Assembly (NCBI GenBank): GCA_951406725.2
Contig: OX597816.1
Coordinates: 26,288,001 to 26,352,000 of the forward strand
Length of the DNA stretch: 64,000 bases
Origin: Octopus vulgaris
Lineage: Eukaryota
Direction: 5' to 3'
Positions 12,024 through 28,024 of the stretch are shown piece by piece (position 1 is the stretch's first letter; every line of letters begins with the position of its first letter). The position numbers were made by a program, and so were the translations under genes. The notes under the pieces are model-generated. The model was not told the origin of the DNA. It was given only the letters and a program-made list of their open reading frames with translations, and ran no database searches.

Positions 12024-13003
12024 TATATATATAGATAGATAGATAGATAGATACATACATACATACATACATACATACATACGTACGTACGTACGTACAT
12101 ACATACATACATACATACATACATACATACATACATACATACATACATACATACATACATACATACATACATACATACATACAGCATATACATAATATAT
12201 ATAGATAGATACGTATATATAGCATATACATAATATATATGAACGTAAACAAACAAACGAAGTTTACTTTAGAAGCGTTGAGGGGTCTCAGAAAGTTAAA
12301 AAATTGATTTTGAATTCTCAAACCCAGGATAATGCTAATAATATAGCCTGAACAGGATAAGCTACCTCTATTTTGCAGAAAAAAAGTGTATATATATATA
12401 TATATATATATGTGCATATATGTACACACATGTATGTACATACACACACACACACACGCATACATACATGCACACACACACATATATCGCCTTCGAAACC
12501 ATTCTAACTTAAGAGGGTCCTGAACATTTTACGTATCTCAGATATTATAATCAGCGTTGAACATGCAAATTATGGAGCTGCATTCCGGCTTACGTATTTT
12601 TGGAAGGTGGGATGAGTTGGCGGGTTTCAGGCCGACTTCGTACGTAACGCTGATGTTCTAATAACATATATCCTTGTATATGTGTGTGTGCATTCATGTA
12701 TAAATATATGCTTTGTGTATAAACATCAGTGTCCGTTTGTATTTGTGCTAAGTGTTGTGCTTGTGATTGTGTGTGTTGAGCGTGTATATGTCTTTGTGTA
12801 TGTTTGTATTAGTTTTCTCGTTACGTATACTATATATAATCTGGCTAACTATTACGAGCTTATTGAAGCCTCCAGCCGCTGTCTTTGTTACGTGTGTGTA
12901 TTTGGCGAACATGTTCGCCTGTGTATGTATATGTATATATGTGTGCGTATGTGTGTGAGTGTGTGTCTCTGTGTATGTGTAAATAAGCGTGTATATGGGT
13001 ATA

Positions 13004-13050
<47 letters not shown>

Positions 13051-13069
13051 CACACACACATACTCATAC

Positions 13070-13100
<31 letters not shown>

Positions 13101-13748
13101 CATATATGTATATATATATGTGTGTATATATATATATATATATACCTATGTGTGTATATATATGTATCACACATACATATAAGCACACACACACATACAT
13201 TCACAAATACATGCACAAATACATGCACACACATGCATACATACATACACATACATACATACATACATACATACGTACATGCACAAACACACACACATAC
13301 ATATATACATACATGCATACATGCACACACACACATACATACATACATACATACATACATACATGCACACACACATACATACATGCACACACACACATAC
13401 ATACATACATACATACATACATACGTACATACATACATACGTACATACATACATACATACATACATACGTACATGCACACATACATACACGCACACACAC
13501 ACATACATACTTACGTACATGTACCCATATTTTCCTGTTTGTTTGGTTGCATTTTGCACATATTACAATTAGCGGTGTGTATACACCCAAAATATTCTCC
13601 TGTTATGTTTTCAAAACCATGTGGTATTTATGTACACATCTATATACACTTTCGCAAACCAACATATGCATAAGCACAAAAATAGATTTATTTAATGAGT
13701 ATGTTCGAGTTATTATGCATCACAAATCTTGGATCTTAATCATGTAAT

Positions 13749-14156
13749 GTGGCTGTGTGGTAAGTAGCTTGCTTACCAACCACATGGTTCCGGGTTCAGT
13801 CCTACTGCGTGGCACCTCGGGAAAGTGTCTTCTACTATAGCCTCGGGCCGACCAAAGCGTTGTGAGTGGATTTGGTAGACGGAAACTGAAAGAAGCCCGT
13901 CGTATATGCATATATGCATATATGCATATATGCATATATGCATATGTTTGTGTGTCTTTGTTTGTCCCCTCCCCCCCACCATCGCTTCACAATCGATGTT
14001 GGTGTGCTTACGTCCCCGTAACTTAGTAGTTCGGCAAAAGAGAATAATAGACTCAGTACTAGGCTTACTGAGAATACGTTCTGGGGTCGATCTGTTCCAC
14101 TAAAGGCGGTGCTGCAGCATGACCGCCGTCAAATGACTAAATCAAATAAAAGAATA
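13749..14156 (+). mobile_element. SINE family A
   Basis: A box gtggctgtgtggtaag, B-box-like gggttcagtcc, tail ggcggtgctgcagcatgaccgccgtcaaatgactaa. Confidence 0.9.
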
Positions 14157-14443
14157 TTTGTGTGTATGCATATATACATATTGTATGTATATATATATAT
14201 ATATATGTATACATAGGCATGTATGTATTTATGTAGGTGTATGTATGTATGTGTGTATATGTGTGCGCGCATGTTTAAGTGTGTCTACACGCAAAATGCA
14301 CACACACAAACTCACACACACAACCACAAACACACGCACACACACACACATATATATATATGCACACACATATATATGTGTATATATATATATAGTTAGA
14401 AAAAAAGTTGCAAAAGTTGAGAATATTGAACAAAATGCTTTAT

Positions 14444-14488
<45 letters not shown>

Positions 14489-15143
14489 CTCTCTATCTAT
14501 CTATCTCTATCTCTATCTATCTCATTCACTCTCTCCTTTTTCCTTTGCAATTTGTTCGATGCTCCAGCATGGTCAAGGTCGTAACCTTAACTCTAAACCC
14601 TAACCATAACCTTAACCCTAATCCTAAACACCGGGAGTACGTATGTACTTTCGCCATATATATATATACATATGGAAGTACGCGTGTATATTCACGTGTT
14701 CTCTTCAACGTAAAACCCGACACAGTTTGGAAAGTCAGTACTTTTCTGTCATTTCCTAACCTTTATGTACTATACACATAAACAAGACCGAAAACAGCAT
14801 GGGGCCCCCTATTCCTCAAGGATTGGTTTCGTTGTGCTTCCCCGCCTCTCTCTCCCTCTCTCTCTCTCTTTCTCCCTCTCTATCTCTCTTTCTCCCCCTT
14901 ATCTCTGTCTCTCTGTCTCTCTCTCTCTCTCTCATTCTTTCTTTCTCTCTCTCGCTCTCTCTGTCTTTCGTTCACCCTGTACTTTTAACATAATTAAAGT
15001 ATAGCTAGTCTTGAAGATCTGATAAACATCGATAAAGGCTGTCTGTTTTAGTAATTTATGGAAACACTCACACATAAAACACACACGCACATACATATAT
15101 GAGTATACATACGTACGCATACATGTATTAATACATACATACA

Positions 15144-15174
<31 letters not shown>

Positions 15175-15502
15175 CAGTGTGTGCGTATGTTAATATCAAG
15201 TTATATATATATATATATATATATAACAGCAATTTCTAGTACATGCTAATAGTGCAATTTCTACCACATGTTTTTAGAAGAAGGGGGTTGATAGTGATTT
15301 CGAAGTGAAGATAAGTTTATACGTTTGTTGAAAATCATGATTCGACTCATCGGTAAATAACTGCTACATGTTTCGACAATAAATCCATTTGTCTTTACTA
15401 ATGTATCCTCCGAACTACAAACTAGCAGATGGTGTTCTAACCATTGGCTCTATGTTGTACTACGTATGTAAGTTCACAGTACATACACACACATATATGC
15501 AT

Positions 15503-15928
<426 letters not shown>

Positions 15929-15950
15929 AGATTTTTACGTTCTCACATAT

Positions 15951-16037
<87 letters not shown>

Positions 16038-16038
16038 A

Positions 16039-16250
16039 TCTTTTACTTGTTTCTGTTTTGGACTGCGGCCATGCTGCAGCCATACAACACCGCTTTGTAA
16101 GGGTTTAATTGAACTTATTGGTCTCAATACTTCTATATTTTGAAGTTTGATACTTATTCTATCGCTGTCTTTTTGCCGAACCGCTACTTTACAAAACATA
16201 AGCAAACCAGCTCCGGTTGTCAAGCGATGATGTTGGGGGACAAACACAAA
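16039..16250 (-). mobile_element. SINE family A, 3' half
   Basis: ttttacttgtttc...gactgcggccatgctg...ttttgccgaaccgct...ggttgtcaagcgat. Confidence 0.8.
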
Positions 16251-16589
16251 GGCTCACACACATAGAAACATACATACATGCGCACACACATAGAAACATA
16301 CATACATGCGCACACACACACACATACGAACTCACACAAGTATACATAGATGCGAGCGTATGTGTGTATAGCATAGTGCTTTCCTGGTATTTACTTTGAA
16401 TACCTGTTACATGAGAAACAATCATTGGCTGAAGACTGACAGCATTCTGTTCCTAAATTATATAGTATGACACACGCACACAGACACACACACACACAGC
16501 TAGATGGATAGTTAGCCAGAACGATCCTTATATAAATATATATATATACATACATACATACATACATACATACATACATACATACATGT

Positions 16590-16808
16590 CTTTCAAAATG
16601 TGACCTCGTGTGTACCGTTGGCGCTTTTTTTTTCCTCTGTCTTCCCTTCTCTGGATCTTTCCTTCTCCTATGTTTCCGACGAAGAGCTCCGCTCGAAATG
16701 GTAAACCCTCCTTCTTTCCTTCTTTCCTGAGCGTCCAATAATACTATATTTGTTCCACGTCCTCGCGTTGTTGTGTTTTTTTTTTGTGCTTTCTTGTTTG
16801 GATTAACT
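16590..16808 (+). mobile_element. Penelope-like terminal-repeat fragment (family P1)
   Basis: Homologous to 44298-44512 and 49170-49450(-); carries a hammerhead-like motif. Confidence 0.65.
16672..16706 (+). ncRNA. Minimal type I hammerhead-like motif (decayed)
   Basis: gttt CCGACGA a gagc tcc gctc GAAA tggt aaac; cleavage-site region mutated. Confidence 0.55.
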
Positions 16809-17120
16809 ATATATATATATATATATATATATAATAACAATTTAATTAATAAATCATATGCATACATACATATATGTACATACTTACGTCTATATGTAAT
16901 ATATACATGCATATATGAGTACAGGACACCACAAATAAACGTAGAACACAACGAGAAACGTAAACATAAAATCAAACAAGGAAACGGACTTTTTTTAACA
17001 ACGAAAAAACAGAGTACAAGACAAACAATACAGGGAATATTCCCCTTCATCAGCTGCCCCTGTTTCGACTCGATGCGTGTTATATATATATACACATACA
17101 TACATACATACATACATACA

Positions 17121-17150
<30 letters not shown>

Positions 17151-17154
<4 letters not shown>

Positions 17155-17240
17155 AATAACTTATAAAACAAGGGCAAAAGAAAAAATTCTAATGCCAATT
17201 CTAATTTTTTCTTTTGCCCTTGTTTTACAAGTTATTTATA
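17151..17240. repeat. Inverted repeat/hairpin with 38 bp arms
   Basis: tataaataacttataaaacaagggcaaaagaaaaaatt and its reverse complement, 1 mismatch. Confidence 0.9.
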
Positions 17241-18044
17241 AATTTAACCTTTAAAGGTATTTTTTAATATGCTGGCCATTGACAAAATTGTTTTCGAAAA
17301 ATTTTATCCTATATTAGATGTACATATATATATGTATATGAACTTGTAAATTTTATAACGTACAGTATTATGTGATAACATGATGCCATTACATGATAGC
17401 GTATGATGGATATAACCAAGATTTCGAAAGAGGTCTTTTAGAATCATTAAAATAGATTCGGCATAGTCGTTTAATTTACGAACATGTGTATATATGTGAT
17501 TTTTCATGTATGTGAATGTGCGTGCGTATGTGTGTGTGTGATCGCGCGCGCGCGTGTTTTATATGTAAATGAGGATCACGTGATTGCTTGGACCTGTCGA
17601 ACAGCCGCGCCTCAGGCTACGTTGTGTGTAGTGCAATGACCTATTAAAGTCGCTTAGCATGCTGGAAATAGCAATCAAAAAAATATCCCTCCAAATTAAG
17701 AAATAGGAATGTTTTATAAATTAGACAATGTAGCCCCTACAAACCCTTGAAACATGGCTAGATTAATTTGGGTCATTCACAGGCCCTTTCGATCAATTTT
17801 GACCTGGGACTAATTAACAAAACATGTTTAAACAAAATGACTACTTTTCGCTCCCTCCGCCTCTCACGTTGCCTTTCACTCTTTTTCCCTCTCTCTATTT
17901 TTTCTCACCCTACCACTCTCCCACGCTCTTACCTTATCTCTCTCTGTCCCTGTCTCTCCCTCCCACTATCCTTCTCACCCTCTCTCATTCTCTCTCCCCC
18001 TCTCAGTGTATGTATGTGCCTTTGCGTGTATGAAGTTTAATGTA

Positions 18045-18460
18045 TATTTCTTTATTGCCCACAAGGGGCAAAACACAGAGGGGACAAACAAGGACAGACA
18101 AACGGATTAAGTCGATTATATCGACCCCAATGCGTAACTGCTACTTAATTTATCGACCCCGAAAGGATGACAGGCAAAGTGGACCTCGGCGGAATTTGAA
18201 CTCTGAACGTAACAGCAGACGAAATACCTATTTCTTTACTACCCACAAGGGGCTAAACACAGAGAGGACAAACAAGGACAGACATAGGTATTAAGTCGAT
18301 TACATCGACCCCAATGCGTAACTAGTACTTAATTTATCGACCCCGAAAGGATGAAAGGCAAAGTCGACCACGGCGGAATTTGAACTCAGAACGTAGCGGC
18401 GGACGTAATACCGCTAAGCATTTCGTCCAGTGTGCTAACGGTTCTGCCAGTTCGCCGCCT
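18045..18460 (-). mobile_element. Dimeric SINE family B with TSD
   Basis: Two tandem monomers; TSD tatgaagtttaatg(t/c)atat at 18029-18047 and 18462-18480. Confidence 0.9.
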
Positions 18461-18777
18461 TTATGAAGTTTAATGCATATAATTTTTAAGACCTTGACAT
18501 GTTACAAGCAGTAGACTATGGCCATACTGAGGCACCACCTCGAAAGATTTCAAGACTTAGTCGTGCACATCGAGCCGCACTACATTTGGCATGGGTTGTG
18601 TGTGTGTGTGCATAAATTTTGGCACTTATTTTAACGACATATGCATATTCACTCTATGTGCAATTTGGTTGCATATGTGTGTGAAACCTTGTATTCAGAT
18701 GCAGTAAGGATGAAGATGATAATGATGATGCCGATGATGATGATGATGACGACAATAGCAGCGGGGGGAGTGGGTGG

Positions 18778-18915
18778 TGTTCGACGACAAAGACTATTTC
18801 TGTTGTTGGATCAACCAACAGAACTACCTACTCGTTAAATTAACTTGTAAAGTGTGGTCGAGTATTCCACAGACACTTGCACTCTTGATATCTTAATGTA
18901 ACTCTCAGCGTGACG
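18778..18915 (-). mobile_element. SINE family C 3' fragment (related copy at 19178-19294)
   Basis: gaactacctactcgtt..aattaa..aaagtgtggtcgagtattccacagacac resembles the reverse complement of 28280-28375. Confidence 0.65.
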
Positions 18916-18984
18916 CTATATGCGTGTGTATATGTGTGTATGTGTGCGAGTGTGCTTGTATATGGGTGTTTGTGTGTATGTAAA

Positions 18985-19034
<50 letters not shown>

Positions 19035-19177
19035 TATGTGTGTGTCATAAAGATAGCCCTTTGGATTATTCGCACAACACAAAATGCATATGATTAGAAA
19101 GGGACAAGGTTGTTGTTACGGTGGCAGTAGTGGTAGTAGTGGTGGTGGTGGTGGTGGTGGTGGTGGTGGTGGTGGTG

Positions 19178-19294
19178 GTTTCGACGACAATAACTATTCC
19201 AGAAAGAACTACCTACTCGTTGAATTAATATGCAAAGTGTGGTCGAGTATTCCACAGACACGTGTACTCTTAACGTAACTCATAGCGTGACGCT
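19178..19294 (-). mobile_element. SINE family C 3' fragment
   Basis: Near-duplicate of 18778-18915. Confidence 0.65.
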
Positions 19295-19299
19295 GTGTG

Positions 19300-19352
<53 letters not shown>

Positions 19353-20222
19353 TCTCTCTCTCACATTTTCCCAGCAGAATATTTATAGACAGCTGCGTGG
19401 AAAACAAGCAGTTTTTCTACTCAAATTATAGATTCATATTTGTACCAGTAATTATAAGTGCTCGTGGCTTTGTTAGTGAATGTTTAAGCGGCCATCACGA
19501 AAATGTACGATCGTTCAGGCAAGAAGAGAGAAACAGCTGACATGCACTTTATATAAATATAATATGTAAACGAGACAATAAAATATGGAATATTTTTCTA
19601 AAGTACACGAGATCACATTTTTTCGTCGCTCTTATCTACATTCCAGAGAGGGAGATTTATTTGTCTCCAGAACAATCCCAGTACATAATTAAAAAAATTA
19701 CAAAGGAACATGCACGCTACATACATAGATATAGATGTATAGATAGATAGATAGACAAATACATAAATATGTGTAATTCGTCCCCAGTCGAAAGACGCCT
19801 GTTGTTATGTCCTGTTATTATTATTGTATTTTTTATTGGGTTTTTGTATTTATATTCGTGTAACATCGTCTGTTTTTCCGTCCTTGTTTCGTATACATTC
19901 GATGCTTTTTTTCCAAGGAATCTAATGCTCTTAGCTTAGTTTTCCTTGGGGATGGCCAGATTGGAGCAATCTCAAGATTGATCTGCCGAAATTGCGAGGA
20001 TGATCCGGTTCTTGACTGAAGATAAAAGGCTTCGAATGACCCGTCCGTGTATTTTTTGTATCGGTCTATCTGGATGTTTTGTTATCCCCTTTTTGTATCA
20101 CCTAGTTGTCCGGATTTTTGCGTTCTTGTCCCATTTTGTATTTTATTTTATATATATATGTGTGTGTTTGTGTGTGTGTATGTGTATGTGTGTGTATGTG
20201 TGTGTGTGTGTTCGATGGATGG

Positions 20223-20260
<38 letters not shown>

Positions 20261-21054
20261 TATAAATACATTTATACATAATTGTCTAGATACAAATAAA
20301 TATATATACAAGTATATAGATATAACGCAGACACCGGCTTCTCAAAACAATTTTCGGAAGTCATGTTGGTGATATCTCAATGTGGAGTCCTACCATCTAA
20401 AATATACTACTGTTGTATGCATGTATGTATATATGTATGTATGTACGTATTATATGTTTGCATGCATGTATGCATTAATGCATGTATGTATGTATGTATA
20501 TTGGTCTCAAGATTGCAAAGGAAGCACCTTGTTTCTCTTATCACCCTTTAAATCTTAAGAAGCTTTTGCAGTTATTTATCGTCCCAGATACTTTGATATT
20601 TGTAGCAAATGAATTAGCGAGTTGCATTCTTTCTTTAAGAATTCAAATTCATTCCTGCTCAACTTGGAATCTTATATATGAATGTATGCATGTATGTATA
20701 TATGTATGTATGTATGTATATATGTATGTATGCATGCATGCATGCATGCATGCATGTATGTATGTAAGTATGTGTGTATGTATGTATGTATGTATGCATG
20801 TATGTATATATGTATGTATGCATGCATGTATGTATGTATCTATGCATACATGCATATATTTATGTATGTACGTACGTATGTATGTATGTAAGCGGAATAA
20901 AAGAGTGTTTGTGTGTGTTTGTAAGCGAGTGTATGTCCGTGTAATGTATGTATATATGGATGGATGAATAGATGGATGGATGGATGGATGGGTGGATGGA
21001 TGGATGGATGGATGGATGGATGGATGGATGGATGGATGTGAGTATGAGTTTATG

Positions 21055-21860
21055 TATGTCTCCCATTTTTCTTTTTTATATTTATCCCCAATGGAAAGAA
21101 AAGTATTTCCTAACCTAGAAACCAGACTCTTTCATTGGAATTCAATTATCACTGATATGTATGTACGTAGACATACGTATCTATATGTATGTATACATGC
21201 ATGTATGTGTGCGTCTTTACATGTACGTATGTATACAAGTATACGCATAAATATCTAAACATACGCCTATGTAAGAGCACACACATACAATGACACAAGC
21301 AAAGATGACATTGCATACACGGATCTATATACACGTGTATATGCACTTATCGCATGCGAAATTTCTCGAAAGTTCTACATAGTCTAACAATCTAAATCAT
21401 GGGTTCTGGCCGTAATCTCCAAATTGAGCGTGTTAATTCTAGTTTAGTGAAATCCAATATCTTCAGACTCGCAGTTAATCGTTTAGACTCACACCCAAGT
21501 GCCCCAGTTATTACTGGTAGAAACCTAAACCACAAGCCGGGTAGATTAATTACAGATTTCTCATCAGTCTGGCGCAGATGTTTATGTATCTTTCTTCTTT
21601 CGGTAATCTTTATCATCATGTTGAAATCTGCAAGGAGACTGATTTCAACAACTACGCAGAAATTCCTTTTCCAGTCCAAGATCACTATGTCTGGCCTGTA
21701 ATGCTTGCATCTTATTGAAGTCTTGATAGGAAAATTTCAGCAGCATTCTTTCAGATTATGAGTTATTATAGCTTCCACTTCAAAGTGGAATTTTATATTT
21801 GTATCCACAGAATCATCTTGCCTACAGAACACGTTCTTTCGTGTTATAGACGACCAGTGA
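21055..21860 (-). mobile_element. Decayed 3' portion of an RLE-clade (R4/Dong-like) LINE
   Basis: Minus translation CKHYRPDIVILDWKRNFCVVVEIS...FRFLPVITGALG (restriction-like endonuclease); 3' UTR homologous to 39660-39765. Confidence 0.75.
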
Positions 21861-21948
21861 TGACTGAAAACATGGATTTTTTAATGCATATACGTATATA
21901 AGTATGCATGACAAAAATGTGTGCATATAAATGTAGATATATATGCAT

Positions 21949-21980
<32 letters not shown>

Positions 21981-21995
21981 TTATTTATTTATATG

Positions 21996-22042
<47 letters not shown>

Positions 22043-22089
22043 CAAAAGTCAGGATAGAAAATGCTAAAATAATTTTATAAAGAATATTT

Positions 22090-22125
22090 CAGTACCGGTT
22101 TCAGTCATTGAGACCTTTTCAACTG
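22090..22125 (-). ncRNA. Minimal hammerhead variant with U3-A8 core
   Basis: Minus strand cag TTGAAAA ggtc tcaat gact GAAA ccggta ctg; palindromic ACCGGT stem III. Confidence 0.55.
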
Positions 22126-22249
22126 TTACAATTAAATAATTAAATTTAGAAAAATTAAAAGAAAAGTTTTTTTAAAAGAATATTTGTATAGTGTTCAAAT
22201 ATAAGTGGCATTTTCCTTGTTTCTGCCTTTCTCTGTCTCTCTTGTTTAG

Positions 22250-22289
<40 letters not shown>

Positions 22290-22469
22290 AGGGTAGGAAT
22301 TGATGTTAATCAATTAAAACCAGTGGCTTAGCATATTTAAAAATCCGAAGTTTGAAAATTGTGATACATACAAAATTAAGAGGAATGACCACTAAAGTGG
22401 ATAGCCCATATAATAAACATAGACGTCAAAAAGTGTGATTCTTTAATTATGTATACACACATATATATT

Positions 22470-22530
<61 letters not shown>

Positions 22531-23167
22531 ATAACTACAAGTTAGATATATATAGACACAATATAGACAGATGATTAACATATTTTAATATGCCAAAAAC
22601 ATATTGACCTTTCCATATAAAGGTAAATATACATATATTTAGAAGCCTTTATGTATGTATATATATGTATAAATATGTATGTATATATGTGTAGGTGTAT
22701 GTATATACATACATATGTGTATGTATATATACGTGTGTGCATATGTATGTATGCACACATGTATATATTAGAAACGAGTAAAGATTAGATGTATAATGAT
22801 ATGCATGCAAAAGGTAAATATACGCGCGCACATACACACACAATATACACCCACACTCACAAATGTACGTACCCATATAACATGCGTATGTGTCTGGATG
22901 TGTTTTGTATATAAATATACATACATATATATATATATATGTATGTATATATAAATATACATACATATATATATATATGTGTAATTCTACGTATTATGTA
23001 GCATATGTAATGAATGTATAATATGCATGTATAAATATATAGGTGTGTGTATGTTTGTGTGTGTCTGTGTGTATGCATGTTTATATATAAATATGAATAC
23101 AAATCCTAATTATATAAAAATACATAGACGAATATATATAGTTATATATATGGCAAATATACATATA

Positions 23168-23228
<61 letters not shown>

Positions 23229-23449
23229 GCAAACACATACATACATGTATATATATATATACATATATACAGAGAGAGAGAAATATATATGTATATATGT
23301 GCATATATGTATATAATAAACATATATACGTATGTATATATATATATATATATGAATACATATATGTATATACGTATATATATATACATTAATTTATATA
23401 AATATATATGTGTATATATATAAATATACATGTAATATATGTAATATAT

Positions 23450-23620
23450 ACTCTTTTACTCTTTTACTTGTGTCAGTCATTTGACTGCGGCCATGCTGGA
23501 GTACCGCCTTTAATCTAGCAACTCGACCCCGGGACTTATTCTTTTATAAGCCCAGTACTTATTCTATCGGTCCCTTTTTGCCGAACCGCTAGGTAACGGG
23601 GACATAAACACACCAGCATT
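23450..23620 (-). mobile_element. SINE family A, 3' half
   Basis: (ctctttta)2 tail plus gtcatttgactgcggccatgctggag. Confidence 0.85.
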
Positions 23621-23994
23621 GAATATTTATATGTGTTAACAAAAACTGCAAATTGCTAATTGTAGTTAAATATATAAATTCCAAAATGGAAGCAAATTTT
23701 ATTTTTGGACAAGATACGTAACAATTTTCGAATGTCCTCGTCTCACCTAATTTACATAATCTCCGAAAAAAGTATGATTCTTTGATTATATATCAGCAAT
23801 CCATTTCCCGCGCATATGTGTGTATATGGATATGTTTGAGGGTATGTCTGTATATTGAATATAAACATATACATTTATATGTGTATATATATATATATGT
23901 GTAAGTATTATATATACATATACATAAATAAATATATGAAGGGTGCATGAGACTTTGTATGTATGTGTGATGTATGTAGTATGTATGATTGCAT

Positions 23995-24038
<44 letters not shown>

Positions 24039-24128
24039 ATATAATATATAAACAATTTTATCTAAAATTTTGTAAAGTAATACATGTAAATGTATTGTAT
24101 CTGTGTGTATATGTATGTATATATATAT

Positions 24129-24172
<44 letters not shown>

Positions 24173-24217
24173 CACACATACACACACATATATATGTACA
24201 CACTGGGATATAGAATA

Positions 24218-24298
<81 letters not shown>

Positions 24299-24514
24299 AA
24301 GATAGACATAAAGTTTAGGTTATATAGATATATTAATATGATTATGTCTATATACATATATGTATATAATTATGTGTATATAGATGTATATAGATAGATA
24401 TATGTGCATAATTTATAGATAGATATAGATATATATGTATGTATACATGGATATGTATATATATACATCTATGTATGTATGCATATATACACAAATGTAT
24501 ATATATATATATAA

Positions 24515-24552
<38 letters not shown>

Positions 24553-24634
24553 TTACATACAAATTTTCCTGTGTTTCTTATATATAATCATACAAACCTA
24601 CATACATGTATACATTCAGTTATATATTGTTGTA

Positions 24635-24700
<66 letters not shown>

Positions 24701-24830
24701 TGTGTGTGTGTGTGTGTATGTGTGTGTGAGTGAGAGTGAGAGTATATATAGAGATAGATAGATATAAATGTACTCACACACACACAAATGTATTTATGTA
24801 TATGTATCTACATAAATATATACATATTCA

Positions 24831-24919
24831 TAAAATGAAGCTGGATCTCTTCCTGTCAGGTGTCCCAGATGAACCAACTTCACGGCAGGAGGGGCAGATG
24901 AGGGCAGCTGCATCGAACT
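24831..24919 (+). mobile_element. Fragment of the LINE ORF2 C-terminus
   Basis: Encodes KLDLFLSGVPDEPTSRQEGQMRAAASN versus KLDLFLLGVPDEPTSRQETRMRAAASN at ~4255-4335. Confidence 0.9.
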
Positions 24920-25178
24920 ATATATACCAAATATATTATAGATACCTACCATATATAAATACCATATTAGCAGATAACTGCGGAACGGCTCAAAGTGTTT
25001 TATTCTTTAGCACTTACTGCACGAAAATCGCTGCCATTGGGTAATCCTAGTGCTTATAAAATATATATATAATAATATATACATATATATATCGAAGTTT
25101 CACGTCCTAGGCACCCTTCTTTGCGTCGCCTTACCTATGCAGATATTTATGTGTGTGTCTGTTTATGTATGTATATGT

Positions 25179-25213
<35 letters not shown>

Positions 25214-25256
25214 GATATATATATATATATATGTGAATAATGTTGTATGTGCATGC

Positions 25257-25308
<52 letters not shown>

Positions 25309-25484
25309 TTGTGTGTATGTATATGGTTTATATGCATACATAGTAAGTATGGCCAGCATGGCCACGGCTCGTGAGCTGAAATGGATAAAATAAATATATA
25401 TATATATACAAAATAAATATGTATATATATATTAAATTTTTTAAAATGTATATATATATATATATATAGCTTCCGTGGTCTTCG

Positions 25485-25530
<46 letters not shown>

Positions 25531-25639
25531 TATATACTTATATCTGTATGTACATACCTACATATATATGTATACATACATATATGGGTACAGTACGTCA
25601 AATAAACGTGAACAAAATGAAAATCGAGAACATATATGC

Positions 25640-25738
25640 CAGTTGAATAAATTTAGAAAATGGCCTGGTTTTCACGATTTTTAAAATACCTTAATAAAAT
25701 ACGTGAAAACCAGACCATGATCTAACTTTATTCAACTG
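25640..25738. repeat. Imperfect inverted repeat (~45 bp arms)
   Basis: cagttgaataaatttag...ggttttcacg versus cgtgaaaaccag...ctaactttattcaactg. Confidence 0.8.
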
Positions 25739-25872
25739 ATTATTCTATACACATTCACACAAACTCGGAAAAAATATATATACTTATATGTTGTGTATGC
25801 ATATATAGATATATGTATGCATCCATATATATATACATATATATATACACATACATATTTATACATGCATAC

Positions 25873-25961
<89 letters not shown>

Positions 25962-26214
25962 TGCATACATACATGTGTAAGTGATGAACTTTCAGGCATA
26001 ATGAGATTTGCTTACGTACATATATAGAATTGTGTGCCTATACATAAAGATGTATATAAATTTATGTGGTGTATGGTTATAATTGTACATATATATATGC
26101 TTCTGCCTGTGTGTGCATGTGTGTGTGTATTCATTTTTCGTGCTCTTTTTCGTCCATGTGTTCACAAATTTCAAATTATTGCTTTAAAACCTTTCTAAAT
26201 ATATATGTAAGGAT

Positions 26215-26253
<39 letters not shown>

Positions 26254-26375
26254 CAAGGTGGCACTCCAGCATGACCACAGTCCAGTGACTAAAACTAGTA
26301 AAGGAATAAAAGTGTAAAAGGGATTGTGTGCACATACACAATTTCAATAGTTGTTTAGGTGCGTGAGTATACCTG

Positions 26376-26425
<50 letters not shown>

Positions 26426-26447
26426 TATATGTACATATATGTATATA

Positions 26448-26557
<110 letters not shown>

Positions 26558-26698
26558 TGTGTATATATATGTATATATATATATGTATATATATATATGT
26601 ATATATATATATGTATATATATATATGTATATAAATATATGTGTGTGTGTGTGTGTCGTGTCTCTATGATATATAGATGATATATGTTTTTATGTACG

Positions 26699-26760
<62 letters not shown>

Positions 26761-26994
26761 TGCATAGTCATTTATATAAGTGTCTTTGTGTTTTATATAC
26801 TTCTAAGTATTTAAGTTAGTAAGTCATAAAAAATAACCTGGTTGTATTTGCAAGTGCACATATTTACATAGACGAAAATACATATACATGACAATAAAAT
26901 ACATGTACATTTCTTAAGGTAAAAAATGCCTGTATATTCATATATACATACTGATCAACGCCTCTAAGTTATATATATGTATGTATGTACATAA

Positions 26995-27043
<49 letters not shown>

Positions 27044-27436
27044 GAGAGAGAGAGATAATATATATATATTTACATTTATATATATGTATATATAGAATAC
27101 TATATATAATATATAATATATATATATTATATATATAATATACATAATATATATATAATATTTATAATATATTGATACATATATAATATTATATATAATA
27201 TATATGTATATGTATATATGTTTGTCTATATTAGTGTGTGTGTATATATGTTTTTATGCATCTATAATAGATTCTTTATATATGAATATATCGAAGTGTG
27301 TATGCGTGTGTGTGTATGTTCGTAGGTATATATGGATGTATGATTGAATGTATATCTATATATACTTTTAGTATATATTCGCTTATTTTTTATATACTTG
27401 TGAATATGTACATATAAAACCTCAGCATATACAAAT

Positions 27437-27485
<49 letters not shown>

Positions 27486-27494
27486 GAGAGAGAG

Positions 27495-27530
<36 letters not shown>

Positions 27531-27632
27531 TATGCGTTAGTCTGTATATGAGTGTATATATATATGTGTATATATATATACATATATATACACATATATA
27601 TATATATATATATATATACTTATATCTATCTA

Positions 27633-27730
<98 letters not shown>

Positions 27731-27825
27731 TGTATGTATGTATATACGTTAAGACGCACCGATAAGCTCCCGGATATTCAAATGAGAAAGCGAAATATGT
27801 AGGCATGTCAATTAAATGTATGCAC

Positions 27826-27881
<56 letters not shown>

Positions 27882-28024
27882 ACTAACACACAAATATGTT
27901 TTCTGACACACATAAACTTACACATTGACATACAGAGATATTCACGTGTTTCACGTTCACTACATGTCGGCCATATATATATATACGTGTGTGAGATTGT
28001 GTATATATGTATATCTATGTTCGT

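Noticed and set aside
14581-14628. Telomere-like degenerate (CCCTAA)n
   Set aside because: Short and degenerate; such tracts are common inside repeats and give no evidence of a fusion site
17025-17075. Hammerhead on minus strand (ctgatgaagggg...)
   Set aside because: No GAAA/NUH after stem II in the required order; probably a truncated repeat
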